Shown here: positions 42,139 to 50,923 of the stretch, in pieces
Layout of the letters: every line of letters starts with the position of its first letter
Position numbering within the stretch: the first letter of the stretch is position 1
Assembly: GCA_963775425.1 (NCBI GenBank)
Contig: CAVZJB010000016.1
Span: 1,120,001 to 1,184,000, forward strand
Direction of reading: 5' to 3'
Source: an uncultured delta proteobacterium
Lineage (GTDB): Bacteria; Myxococcota; UBA727; VGSZ01
Length of the DNA stretch: 64,000 bases
Program-made: the position numbers and the translations under genes
The notes under the pieces: model-generated
Told to the model about the DNA's origin: nothing
What the model saw: the letters and a program-made list of their open reading frames with translations, nothing else
The model's database searches: none

Positions 42139-43419
42139 TCACGGCGCGCCGAGCTCCTCGGTGGCGGCGGCGCCCCGGCGGGAGACGAAGTCGTGCATGG
42201 ACTGCACGATGCCGTCCCACGAGCTGTCCTCGGGGTTTGTCAGGCGCGCCGCCGGCCACGGCTCGCGCGCGAGGTCGTCCTTCACCTGCGCGTAGAGCGC
42301 GTCGAGCCGCGGGTCGAAGTCGGCGACGTCGAGCGTGGTGCGCGCCTCTTGCAGGTACTCGGCGTCGAGCGCTTCGTCGTCGAGGATGCGTGACAGGAGC
42401 GGCCGCGGAGGCTCGGGCAGCGGGGCGCCGGCGTCCCAGCCGTCGATGACCTCGATCTGGCCGAACGCATGATCGGCGAAGCCCACGTCGAGGTCGTGCG
42501 GCAGGTACGTCCACACGCCGTCCTTGCCGTGGTGCAGGTAGTAGTTGTGCGCGTTGAAGCCGGTGAGCTGGTCGAAGGCGCCGGAGAGGACCATGACGCC
42601 CATCAGCTTGATGAAGCCGTGCACGTCGAAGCCGCTCTCGAGGTCGCCGTCGTTCACGAGGCGGAGGAAGTCGACAATCTCGCCGGTGTCGTCGCGGCTT
42701 TCGTGGTTCTTCTTGTCGAACGTGCCGGCGTAGGTGGCGGGGTCGTCGTCGATGAGGGCGAAGTCGGAGCCGGGGCCGGCGTAGTCGACCTTGTACAACG
42801 AGCCGTCGTGGCCGCCGAAGTGCGCGTCGAGGAAGACGTTGTCGATCCGCTCTTCGTTGACGAAGACACCCTGATAGGCGCCGTTGACCGTGACGCGGAC
42901 GAAGTTGGCGCGCGGGGTGAGGACGCCGCGCTCCGCGAGCAGGTCGGTGATGATGCGTTGCGAGAACACGGCGCCGAGCTGGCAGCCGTTGTCGAACGCG
43001 ATGTGCTTGAGCCCGAGGAAGGTCTGCCCGTCGACGTACTCGTTGGTGTGGATGAGCATGCTGCGCTGCATGTCGACGCCGGGGATGGACGAGCTGTCGC
43101 CCTTGTAGCGGACGCCGACGTCGTCGACGACGACGCCGTTCCACGACAACGTGGCGGGGACGTAGACCCGCGCCGGGAGCGCGGCGTTCATGGCGTCGAT
43201 GTCGGCGGGGTCGATGGTGACGGCGACGTCCTGCACGACGTCGGGATCGTAGAACGCGTCGGCGTCCTGCCCCGCCCCGGCGGCGGCGCCGGCGGGATCG
43301 CGGGCGCCGCCGGCGGGAGCGCCCCCGGGCCGGCAGCCGCTCTGGGACATCACGGCGACGGCGACGAGCGCGAGCAGGAAGGGCACCCAGGCGAGCGGCG
43401 CCAAGCGCGTGGTCTTCAT
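42139..43419 (-). CDS. CotH-family kinase lipoprotein
   Basis: VGVRYKGDSS, GAYQGVFVNEERID, HNYYL and YLPHDLD motifs; signal peptide ending SGC. Confidence 0.88.
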   Translation of the reverse strand: MKTTRLAPLAWVPFLLALVAVAVMSQSGCRPGGAPAGGARDPAGAAAGAGQDADAFYDPDVVQDVAVTIDPADIDAMNAALPARVYVPATLSWNGVVVDDVGVRYKGDSSSIPGVDMQRSMLIHTNEYVDGQTFLGLKHIAFDNGCQLGAVFSQRIITDLLAERGVLTPRANFVRVTVNGAYQGVFVNEERIDNVFLDAHFGGHDGSLYKVDYAGPGSDFALIDDDPATYAGTFDKKNHESRDDTGEIVDFLRLVNDGDLESGFDVHGFIKLMGVMVLSGAFDQLTGFNAHNYYLHHGKDGVWTYLPHDLDVGFADHAFGQIEVIDGWDAGAPLPEPPRPLLSRILDDEALDAEYLQEARTTLDVADFDPRLDALYAQVKDDLAREPWPAARLTNPEDSSWDGIVQSMHDFVSRRGAAATEELGAP

Positions 43420-43528
43420 GCCGGTGCGTGCCCCGGGCGCGCCCGCCGTGGGACACGGATCCGCGCGACGCGTGACCCGGGCCACGCGCGCCGCCGGCCC
43501 GGCGCGCCGCAGGCCCGGCGGGCGGGCG

Positions 43529-44002
43529 TCAGCGACGGCGGAGGGCGCGCTCCATCTCGCGGTCGGCCTCGCGGCGGCGGATGGTCTGGCGCTTGTCCTC
43601 GTGGCTCTTGCCGCGCCCGACGCCGACGAGCACCTTGACCCACGGTCCCTTGAAGTAGAGCCGCAGCGGAACCAGCGTCGCGCCGCGCTGCTGCACCGCC
43701 GCCTTCAGCTCGTCGATCTCGTCCTTCTTGGCGAGCAGGCGGCGGGTTCGGTCCGGAGCGAGCTCGACGTGGGTCGACTGGTTCTTGAAGCGATCGATCT
43801 TGAGCCCGAGCAGCAGGAGCTCGCCGTCCTTCACGATGGCGTACGCGTCCGAGAAGCTCACGGCCTTCGCCCGCAGCGACTTCACCTCGGCGCCCTGCAG
43901 CTCGAGGCCGCACTCGAGGGTGTCGAGGATCTCGTAGTCGTGCCGCGCGCGCCGGTTCTCGGCGACGAGTCCTTCGTCGGTCTTCTTCTTCTTGCCGGCC
44001 AT
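43529..44002 (-). CDS. smpB: SsrA-binding protein SmpB
   Basis: NRRARHDY, GAEVKSLR, RTRRLL, LVPLRLY and GKSHEDKR motifs. Confidence 0.97.
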   Translation of the reverse strand: MAGKKKKTDEGLVAENRRARHDYEILDTLECGLELQGAEVKSLRAKAVSFSDAYAIVKDGELLLLGLKIDRFKNQSTHVELAPDRTRRLLAKKDEIDELKAAVQQRGATLVPLRLYFKGPWVKVLVGVGRGKSHEDKRQTIRRREADREMERALRRR

Positions 44003-44104
44003 GCGGCGCCGACCCTAGAGAGCCCGCGGCGTTCCGGGAAGGCACATCGCACGGCCCACCGTCGCCCGGCCGGCACGACGGCCTCGTCGTCGTCGAGGCC
44101 CCCG

Positions 44105-44617
44105 TCACAACGTGGTGCCCACCTCGAACAGCGACAGCGACGCCATGAACGCAGGCGCGCCGCCGCGGAAGAGCGTGGGCCCGGCCCGCAACGAGAGGAA
44201 CGACACCCAGCTGTCGTCGAGGCGAAAGCGCAGCGGGCTCGCCCCGAGCTCGAGCGCGATCGGGTCGGAGGCGAGCACGCCGTGGGCGTCGATGGTCCGG
44301 ATGAGCTTGCCGCCGAGGGTGGCGGCATAGGCTCCGACGTCGGGCTCCCAGCGCCCGAACAGGCGCGCCCGCCACGCGGCGCCGAGCTCCGCGCTCCACG
44401 CGAGCCCCGCGCCCATGAGCACGCCCACGCGTCCGCGCAGCTCGTCCAGCGTGTCGTCGAAGAACGCCGACGAGACCGCGAGCGCGAACGACACGTCGCT
44501 GGGCGTGGAGAACAGCGCGGGGGCGAAGGCGAGCTCGCCGCTGACGCGCGGGGGCGAGCCCTGCGCCTGTACGGCGAGCACGACGACGACGGCGGCGAGC
44601 ACAGCTACGTGTAGCAC
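44105..44617 (-). CDS. Hypothetical secreted / outer-membrane beta protein
   Basis: Signal peptide; amphipathic beta-strand pattern; start uncertain. Confidence 0.6.
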   Translation of the reverse strand: MLHVAVLAAVVVVLAVQAQGSPPRVSGELAFAPALFSTPSDVSFALAVSSAFFDDTLDELRGRVGVLMGAGLAWSAELGAAWRARLFGRWEPDVGAYAATLGGKLIRTIDAHGVLASDPIALELGASPLRFRLDDSWVSFLSLRAGPTLFRGGAPAFMASLSLFEVGTTL

Positions 44618-44651
44618 GCCCCCCGACGACGGCGCGCCGCGCGGCCGGCGC

Positions 44652-45551
44652 TCAGCGCGCCGCGCTCGCCGCCGGCGGCGCGTCCGCCCGCGCCGGCGCC
44701 TCCGCCGGCTTCGGCGCCTCCGGGGGCTTCGCGGCGCCGAAGGTGTGCTCCTGCGCCGGGAACGCGCCCTCGCGGACCTCGCCGACGTACGCCTGCACGG
44801 CCTCGCCGACGACGCGCGCGCCGTCGAGGAACTTCTTCACGAAGCGCGGCTGGAACTCGGGGTTGAGCCCGAGCATGTCGGTGATAACGAGGACCTGGCC
44901 GTCGCAGGCGGGGCCGGCGCCGATGCCGATGGTGGGGATGCGGAGCTGCGCGGTGATCTCGGCGGCGAGATCGGCGGGGATGCCCTCGAGGACCACGGCG
45001 TAGGCGCCCGCGCGCTCGAGCGCCAGCGCGTCGTCGAGGATGCGCCGGCGGGACGCCGCGTCCCTGCCCTGCACCACGAAGCCGCCCATGGCGTTCACGC
45101 TCTGGGGCTGCAGGCCGACGTGGCCCATCACCGGGATGCCCGCCTCGACCATGCGCGCGACGGTGGGCGCGACGCTCTCCCCGCCCTCGAGCTTCACGCT
45201 CGACGCCCCCGCCCGCAAAAGCGCGGCGGCGTTGTGCATGGCCTCCTCGGGCGACGCCTGGTAGCTCATGAACGGCATGTCGCCGACGACGTGGGCGCGC
45301 CGGACGCCACGCGCCACCGCCGCCGTGTGATAGGCGGTCTGCTCGATGGTGACCGACAGGGTGTTGGGCTCGCCCTTGACGACCATCCCCAGCGAGTCGC
45401 CCACGAGGAGCATGTCCACGCCGGCCGCGTCGAGCAGACGCGCGAAGGTGACGTCGTAGCAGGTGAGCATGGTGATCTTCGTCCCCTCCCGCTTCATCTG
45501 GGCGAGGGTGCGAAGGGTGACGTTTTTGAGGGGAGCGGTATGGGCAGACAC
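44652..45551 (-). CDS. panB: 3-methyl-2-oxobutanoate hydroxymethyltransferase
   Basis: [37 protein letters not shown] and TIGIGAG..CDGQVLV motifs; GTG 45551 with GGAGG RBS. Confidence 0.97.
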   Translation of the reverse strand: MSAHTAPLKNVTLRTLAQMKREGTKITMLTCYDVTFARLLDAAGVDMLLVGDSLGMVVKGEPNTLSVTIEQTAYHTAAVARGVRRAHVVGDMPFMSYQASPEEAMHNAAALLRAGASSVKLEGGESVAPTVARMVEAGIPVMGHVGLQPQSVNAMGGFVVQGRDAASRRRILDDALALERAGAYAVVLEGIPADLAAEITAQLRIPTIGIGAGPACDGQVLVITDMLGLNPEFQPRFVKKFLDGARVVGEAVQAYVGEVREGAFPAQEHTFGAAKPPEAPKPAEAPARADAPPAASAAR

Positions 45552-45600
45552 GGTCTGCCTCCGGGTGCAACGAACCGCGCTGGCCTCTCGAGGAGGAGGT

Positions 45601-45642
45601 GCCCGCCGGAGGATTCCGGTCGAGCCCTGTGACCAAGCGGGC
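45601..45642 (-). promoter_or_regulatory. Candidate pan-motif-like stem-loop in the panB 5' leader
   Basis: Minus strand GCCCGC-TTGGTC-(9 nt loop)-GACCGG-(bulge)-GCGGGC, about 50 nt upstream of panB. Confidence 0.45.
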
Positions 45643-45744
45643 GCTGCTCCCACATCCTAACCAGCCGGACGCGTGTGTGAAGTGATCCAACGCGCCACGG
45701 AACGGGCCGCGTCATGCCAATCTCCGCAAAGGAGTGGCCACCGC

Positions 45745-47172
45745 TTGCAGAAAAAGGCACACAACCATCTACATAAGCGAACGCGGGGCGCCGCGGTCGC
45801 CGGCGGCCTGGCGCTCGCCCTCCTCTCCGCCCGCGCCGCAAACGCTGACGACTCGGTCGCGCTTGGCACCGCGGGCTCCCTCGAGCGCACGGCGCAGACG
45901 CAAGACGCGCTGAAGAACGGGACCGCCGCCTCGTTCGGCGCCCCGGTCACGGACGACCGGCGCCTGTTCAAGCTGCGCTGGCGCCTGCCCTGGCTCATCG
46001 CCGGCGGCGCCGGCCTCGGCCCGTCGCCCTTCGTCTCCGGCTTCACCGCGACGTCCTTCGAGGTCCCCGGCGGCCTCGCCCTCGCGGCCGAGCCCATGGA
46101 CGGCCTGTCCGCGCTCATCCCGTCGATGGCCATCGGCGAGCCGCACAAGCTCGGCCAGGTGCAGGTCGGCGCGCTGTCGACCTCGCTCGGCCACGGCACC
46201 CTCGTCGACCGCTACACCAACAGCCCCGACGGCGCCCCGCGCGCGCCCGGCCTCCTCCTCGAGGGCAACCTCGCCGGGCTCGGGGCGCAGGCGCTGACGG
46301 CCAACGCGTTCCACCCGCTGTCGTCGCTGGCGGCGGCGCGCATCTACGGCCGCCCCATCATGTGGTTCCTCGCGCCAGACGCGACCTTTCAGCCCAACGA
46401 GCTCGACATCGATCCGCGCACCGAGGTGCTCGGCATCTGGGTCACCGGCTTGTCGGCGGTGATCGATCCGGGTGCGCCTTCCCTGCGAGGACCGCAGAAC
46501 GTCTGGGCCGCCGGCTGGGACAACGAGGCCGCGCTCCTCGACAACCAGATCGTGAAGACCATCGCGTACCTCGACCTGAACGCGCTCGGCGCCGGCGACG
46601 TCGTCGGCGGCGGCGCGCACCCCGGCGCGCTCTTCATGCTCGACGCCGCCGGCTTCCGTCTCGACGCCAACGCCGAGATGAATTTCGGTACCGACGGCTA
46701 CGTGCCCCGCTACTTCGACCGCCTCTACGCGCTCGAGCGCGACGGCGTGATCGGCGGGGACAAGAGCAAGCTCGACATCGACAGGCCCGCGTCGTGGGGC
46801 TGGCAGGGCCGCTTGAGCGCCGGCTACATGGAGGCGCTCACCGCGTTCGTCGAGACCAAAGACCAGCTCCCCTTCGACGGCGCCCGCGGCCGCCACAGCG
46901 GGACGGTGACGGCGGGGGTGTCGGCGTTCGTGTTCTTCCTCGGCGGCGCAGTGACGGCGTCACAGACGGGCATCACCGACTACGCAAACCCCCACGTCGG
47001 CGGGCCCGGCTTCGTCGTCACCGCCGAGGGCCGCATCGCGCTCCTCGTCAACACCGTCCATCTCGTCGGCCGCTGGTGGCACGCCAACGTCCCCGCCGGC
47101 GACAGCCCCGACGACTACGTCATCGACGAGGGCAGCACCGTCGGCGTCGAGATGAACCTCGATTTCCTCTGA
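45745..47172 (+). CDS. Hypothetical outer-membrane beta-barrel-like protein
   Basis: AAGGAG RBS with TTG 45745; signal peptide ending AANA; beta-strand periodicity; YVPRYFDRLY motif; terminal NLDFL. Confidence 0.65.
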   Translation: MQKKAHNHLHKRTRGAAVAGGLALALLSARAANADDSVALGTAGSLERTAQTQDALKNGTAASFGAPVTDDRRLFKLRWRLPWLIAGGAGLGPSPFVSGFTATSFEVPGGLALAAEPMDGLSALIPSMAIGEPHKLGQVQVGALSTSLGHGTLVDRYTNSPDGAPRAPGLLLEGNLAGLGAQALTANAFHPLSSLAAARIYGRPIMWFLAPDATFQPNELDIDPRTEVLGIWVTGLSAVIDPGAPSLRGPQNVWAAGWDNEAALLDNQIVKTIAYLDLNALGAGDVVGGGAHPGALFMLDAAGFRLDANAEMNFGTDGYVPRYFDRLYALERDGVIGGDKSKLDIDRPASWGWQGRLSAGYMEALTAFVETKDQLPFDGARGRHSGTVTAGVSAFVFFLGGAVTASQTGITDYANPHVGGPGFVVTAEGRIALLVNTVHLVGRWWHANVPAGDSPDDYVIDEGSTVGVEMNLDFL

Positions 47173-47178
47173 CGCGCT

Positions 47179-48010
47179 TCAGTGGACGTAGCCCGCGAAC
47201 AAGAGCGCCGAGAAGGCGTTGGACATGCCGTGGTAGAGGACGGCGCCGGTGATGGACTTCCCCTTGCGCGTGAGCCCCGAGAACACGAACGCGGGGAAGA
47301 ACGGCCCGAAGCGCGCGGGGTTGTACTCCCCGACGAAGTGGCCGAGCGCGAACATGGCCGACGCGAGGAACACCGTGCGGCCGAGAGGGATGATCCACAC
47401 GTAGCGCGTGGTGGGCCAGAGCTTCTCGAGGCGGTGCTCGAGGAACCCGCGATAGAACATCTCCTCGGGCAGCGCGATCAAGAACGTATTCTTCAACAGC
47501 GTGGACACGATGTCGGGGGGGACGGTGAAATGGTAGCCGGGGGCGCCGAAGTGCATTTGCCAGTAGTGGTGGCCGACGGCGAAGGGCGGGAAGGTGACGG
47601 CGGCGATCAGGAGCGCGAGGCCGACGTCCTTGAACAACGCCCTCGGGCGAAAGCGCGCCCCGCGTCCGTACGTCGCCAACAGCTCCGCGAGCTTCCCCGG
47701 CCGCCGACCGCGCCCCGGCCGCCGGCGCCGCGCGAGCACCAGGTGCCGGCGCAGCGCGGCCACGGGACCGAGGAGGAGACCGTGGGCGTTGATGCCGTAC
47801 GCCTCCGGCGCCTCGCCGCGGCGCTGCGTGAGCCACAGCGGGACGTAGATTCTGAAAGCCGGCCACGGCGGTGAAGAAGGCCGGGCCGATGAAGCCGACG
47901 GCGGCGACGAGGTGCTTGCCCGCGCCGAGCAAGACCAGCAGCCCGAGGCCCGCGAGCAGCGCCTCCTTCGCGCCGGCCCGTGCGTCCAGGCGCGGCAGCG
48001 GTGCGCTCAC
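47179..48010 (-). CDS. CPBP/CAAX (Rce1-like) glutamic intramembrane protease, myxosortase-like (+1 frameshift at 47848-47852)
   Basis: PEEMFYRG, FALGH and YHGMSN motifs. Removing one base gives AGFQIYVPLWLTQ, attaching the N-terminal TM segments that start at GTG 48010. Confidence 0.82.
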
Positions 48011-48963
48011 ACGAAGATCTCGTCGAGCTTCTTGGCGAGGTCGTCGGTGATCTTCACGGTGAGCGCGCCGAGGTTCTCCTCGAGCTGCGCGAGCGTGGTG
48101 GCGCCGGTGATGACGCTCGAGATGCCCGGGCGCGACAGACACCAGGCGAGGGCGAGCTGGGTGCGCGACACGCCCGCCTCGTTGGCGACGGCGCCGAAGC
48201 GCTTCACGCGCGCCTGGTTTTCGTCGTTGAGGAAGGTGCCGCGCAGCCAATCGATGCGATCGAGGCGCGAGCCGGCGGGGATGCCGTCGTCGTACTTGCC
48301 GGTGAGGACGCCGGACGCGAGCGGGCTCCACACCACGAGGCCCATGCCGGTCTCGCGGGCGGCGGGGGCGATCTCGTCGTCGACCCGCTTGCGCGCGAGC
48401 AGGCTGTACTGCGGCTGCTCCACCGCCGGCGCCGCGAAGCTCCTGCGGTCGGCGATGGCGTGGGCGGCCTTGAGCTGCGCGCCGCTCCACTCGCTCGTGC
48501 CCCAGTAGAGGATCTTGCCGGCGCGCACGAGGTCCTCCATGGCGCGCGCGGTCTCTTCGAGCGGGGTGTCGTCGTCGTAGCGGTGGCAGAAGTAGACGTC
48601 GAGGTACTCGGTGCCGATGCGCTTGAGGCTCTTGTCGATGGACTCCATGATGTGCTTGCGTGACAGACCGCGGTCGTTCACGTCGTCGCTCATGGGCCAG
48701 AAGACCTTGGAGGAGATGACGAGCTCGTGGCGCGGGAACTGACGCAGCACGGCGCCCATCACGCGCTCGGCCTCGCCGCGCGCGTAGACGTCGGCGATGT
48801 CGAAGAAGCTCACGCCGGCCTCGAAGGCCGCGCGCAGGATGCTCGAGACCTGCTCCTGCTCCTTGACGCTGCTGCCGAAGGTGGTCCAGCCACCGAGGCT
48901 CAGGGCGCTGACCTTGACGCCGGCCTGACCCAGGCGGCGGTAGAGCATCGACTCACGGCTCAT
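48007..48963 (-). CDS. Aldo/keto reductase (Kv-beta-like)
   Basis: YRRLG, FFDIADVY, SSKVFW, GLSRKHI, YWGTSEW and WSPLASGVLTGKY motifs. Confidence 0.95.
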   Translation of the reverse strand: MSRESMLYRRLGQAGVKVSALSLGGWTTFGSSVKEQEQVSSILRAAFEAGVSFFDIADVYARGEAERVMGAVLRQFPRHELVISSKVFWPMSDDVNDRGLSRKHIMESIDKSLKRIGTEYLDVYFCHRYDDDTPLEETARAMEDLVRAGKILYWGTSEWSGAQLKAAHAIADRRSFAAPAVEQPQYSLLARKRVDDEIAPAARETGMGLVVWSPLASGVLTGKYDDGIPAGSRLDRIDWLRGTFLNDENQARVKRFGAVANEAGVSRTQLALAWCLSRPGISSVITGATTLAQLEENLGALTVKITDDLAKKLDEIFV

Positions 48964-49027
48964 GGCGACTTCCTCCCGCTCGAAGCACAGGAGTTACGCC
49001 GGCGCAGCCCCGCTCGCAACGTCAGCC

Positions 49028-49684
49028 TCAGGGGATGTCGTCGTCGCTGGGCCACGCGTTCTTGTAGCTCGGCCGCTCGCGCAGGCGATCGCGCCACGAG
49101 CGCACGCGCGGGAAGGCGTCGAGATCGACCTTGAGCTGGTCGAGCAGGTCCAAAAGCGGCGTGGAGAGGGTGTCGGCGACGGAGTAGTCGCCCGCGAGGA
49201 ACGCGCGCCGCGCCAGGTGGCGGTCGAGCACGTCCAGGTGCCGATCGAGCTCCGCGCGGGCGCGCCCGAGGACCTTGACGCTCTTGTCGCCCTCGCCGAA
49301 GACGTGGGTCTCGCAAAAGACGGTCCAGAACTCCTCGGCGAAGCCCGTGCTGATGTAGCTGAGCCACGAGTACGCCTCGCCGCGGGCCGTGAGATCGGTG
49401 AAGCCGAGCGGGGACTGCGGGAAACGCTCCGCCAGGAACAGCAGGATGGCGGGGGACTCGAAGATGGCCAGCTCGCCGCCGGGGCGGTGCTCCACCAGGG
49501 CCGGGAGGCGTCCGAACGGGCTCCGCTTGAGGAAGGCCGCCGTCCGCGGCTTGGTCAGGTCGACCTCGCGGGGGGTGAAGGGGACCTCACACTCGTTCAG
49601 GCCGACGCGCACGGCGACGCAAAAGGGCGACGGCCGGTATTCATAGAGAGTGAACGGGGGGGCCTTGGACTGGGCCATGGTCAT
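49028..49684 (-). CDS. Glutathione S-transferase family protein
   Basis: SPFC, SPFGRLPAL, FESPAILLFLAE, FLAGDYSVAD and RPSY motifs. Confidence 0.92.
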   Translation of the reverse strand: MTMAQSKAPPFTLYEYRPSPFCVAVRVGLNECEVPFTPREVDLTKPRTAAFLKRSPFGRLPALVEHRPGGELAIFESPAILLFLAERFPQSPLGFTDLTARGEAYSWLSYISTGFAEEFWTVFCETHVFGEGDKSVKVLGRARAELDRHLDVLDRHLARRAFLAGDYSVADTLSTPLLDLLDQLKVDLDAFPRVRSWRDRLRERPSYKNAWPSDDDIP

Positions 49685-49815
49685 GAGCGTGGGGGTCCGG
49701 AGAGCAGAGCAGGAAAGGGCTTCATGTGGGGGGGCAGTGTATGCCGAACCCCGACCCGAGCGCGAGAACTCAATCGTTTCGAAACGGACGGCGGGGGGCT
49801 TCGACTTTCGCTCGC

Positions 49816-49831
49816 TGGCCCGTCTGCTGCA
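49816..49831 (+). promoter_or_regulatory. Sigma54-like promoter for pilin 1
   Basis: TGGCCC-GTCTG-CTGCA: GG-N10-GC spacing, 27 nt before the ATG. Confidence 0.5.
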
Positions 49832-49858
49832 GCATGGAGCGATTTTCGAGGTCAAGCC

Positions 49859-50260
49859 ATGCGTCGCCTCCTGCCCGCGTTCACGCTGATCGAGCTGATG
49901 ATCGTCCTGGCGATCATCGGCATCCTCGCCGCCATCGCCCTGCCGAACTTCATCAAGTTCTCGTGCAGGGCCAAGCAGAGCGAGGCCAAGACGCTCTTGA
50001 AGGCCATCGTCGTCGCCGAGCAGTCCTACAGAGGCGAGTTCGACACCTACCTGAACGGACCTCCAGCGGACGACATCATCATCGGTGTGGTCATCAACGG
50101 CCGCGTGCGCCGCTACGAGTACTCGGTGTCCGGGGCCGACGCGACGTCGTTTACGGCGGAAGCCGACGGCAAGGTTGGCGAGGGCATGGACGGGGACATC
50201 TGGACCGTCACGCAGGAAGTCGACATCACCAACAGCACCAACTTGTGCGCCTCGAGGTGA
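49859..50260 (+). CDS. Type IVa pilin (PilA paralogue 1)
   Basis: [37 protein letters not shown]; Ala rather than Gly at position -1. Confidence 0.92.
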   Translation: MRRLLPAFTLIELMIVLAIIGILAAIALPNFIKFSCRAKQSEAKTLLKAIVVAEQSYRGEFDTYLNGPPADDIIIGVVINGRVRRYEYSVSGADATSFTAEADGKVGEGMDGDIWTVTQEVDITNSTNLCASR

Positions 50261-50352
50261 GCCGTGACGTTTTTCGGTCCGGCGCCTCGCGCGAGTGACG
50301 AGAAACGGCACACGAGCCGCGTCCGGTCGGGCCGGACGGACGCAAAGCTTGC

Positions 50353-50368
50353 TGGTACGGCTCGTGCT
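50353..50368 (+). promoter_or_regulatory. Sigma54 promoter for pilA
   Basis: TGGTAC-GGCTC-GTGCT, GG-N10-GC; myxobacterial and pseudomonad pilA genes are known to be sigma54-dependent. Confidence 0.65.
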
Positions 50369-50421
50369 GGTCTAGCGTCGCCGCACCTGCGAGACGCACA
50401 CAACACCGTAGAGGAGATCTG

Positions 50422-50847
50422 ATGTCCACATTGAGGAAGCTTGCCAAGGGGTTCACGCTCATCGAGCTGATGATCGTGGTCGCGATCATCGGCATTCTGG
50501 CCGCCATCGCCATCCCGAACTTCGTGAAGTTCCAGTGCCGCTCCAAGCAGTCGGAGGCGAAGACCAACCTCAAGGCGCTGTACGAGTGCGAGGACAGCTA
50601 TCGCGCCGAGTACGACACCTACCTCGACTGCACCACCACCCAGTGCGGCAAGGGCGCGGTCTACGACCTCGGCTATGAGCCCAAGGGCGCCCGCATCCGC
50701 TACGACTACTCCGTGAGCGGCTCCGACTCGACCGCGTTCTCCGGCGGCGCCGCCGTCAACGCCACGTTCGTGGGCGAGCTGAGCAACGACCAGTGGACGG
50801 TCTCCCAGCTCAACGACGTCGCGAACATCTCGAACGGCTGCAGCTGA
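50422..50847 (+). CDS. pilA: Type IVa major pilin PilA
   Basis: [39 protein letters not shown]; GAGGAG RBS; followed by a terminator and pilGHI. Confidence 0.93.
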   Translation: MSTLRKLAKGFTLIELMIVVAIIGILAAIAIPNFVKFQCRSKQSEAKTNLKALYECEDSYRAEYDTYLDCTTTQCGKGAVYDLGYEPKGARIRYDYSVSGSDSTAFSGGAAVNATFVGELSNDQWTVSQLNDVANISNGCS

Positions 50848-50869
50848 CCTTTCGCTCCTGCCGGGAAGA

Positions 50870-50897
50870 GCGCGGCCTCGTGCCGCGTTTTTCTTTT
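50870..50897 (+). terminator. Rho-independent terminator after pilA
   Basis: GCGCGGC-CTCGT-GCCGCGT followed by TTTTCTTTT. Confidence 0.85.
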
Positions 50898-50923
50898 CCC
50901 ACGCCTGAAAAGGGAGGGTCGCG

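Noticed and set aside
43420-44104. tmRNA (ssrA) next to smpB
   Set aside because: The flanking gaps are only about 100 nt and lack tRNA-like tmRNA ends.
45735-45749. Sigma54 promoter TGGCCACCGCTTGCA
   Set aside because: GG-to-GC spacing is 9 rather than 10, and it overlaps the probable RBS/start region.
50300-50380. Cyclic-dinucleotide (GEMM-I) riboswitch before pilA, suggested by GGCACAC...GGACGCAAAGC
   Set aside because: There is no GNRA-capped P2 or properly spaced P3/receptor, and it lies upstream of the predicted sigma54 start. An Rfam search would settle it.
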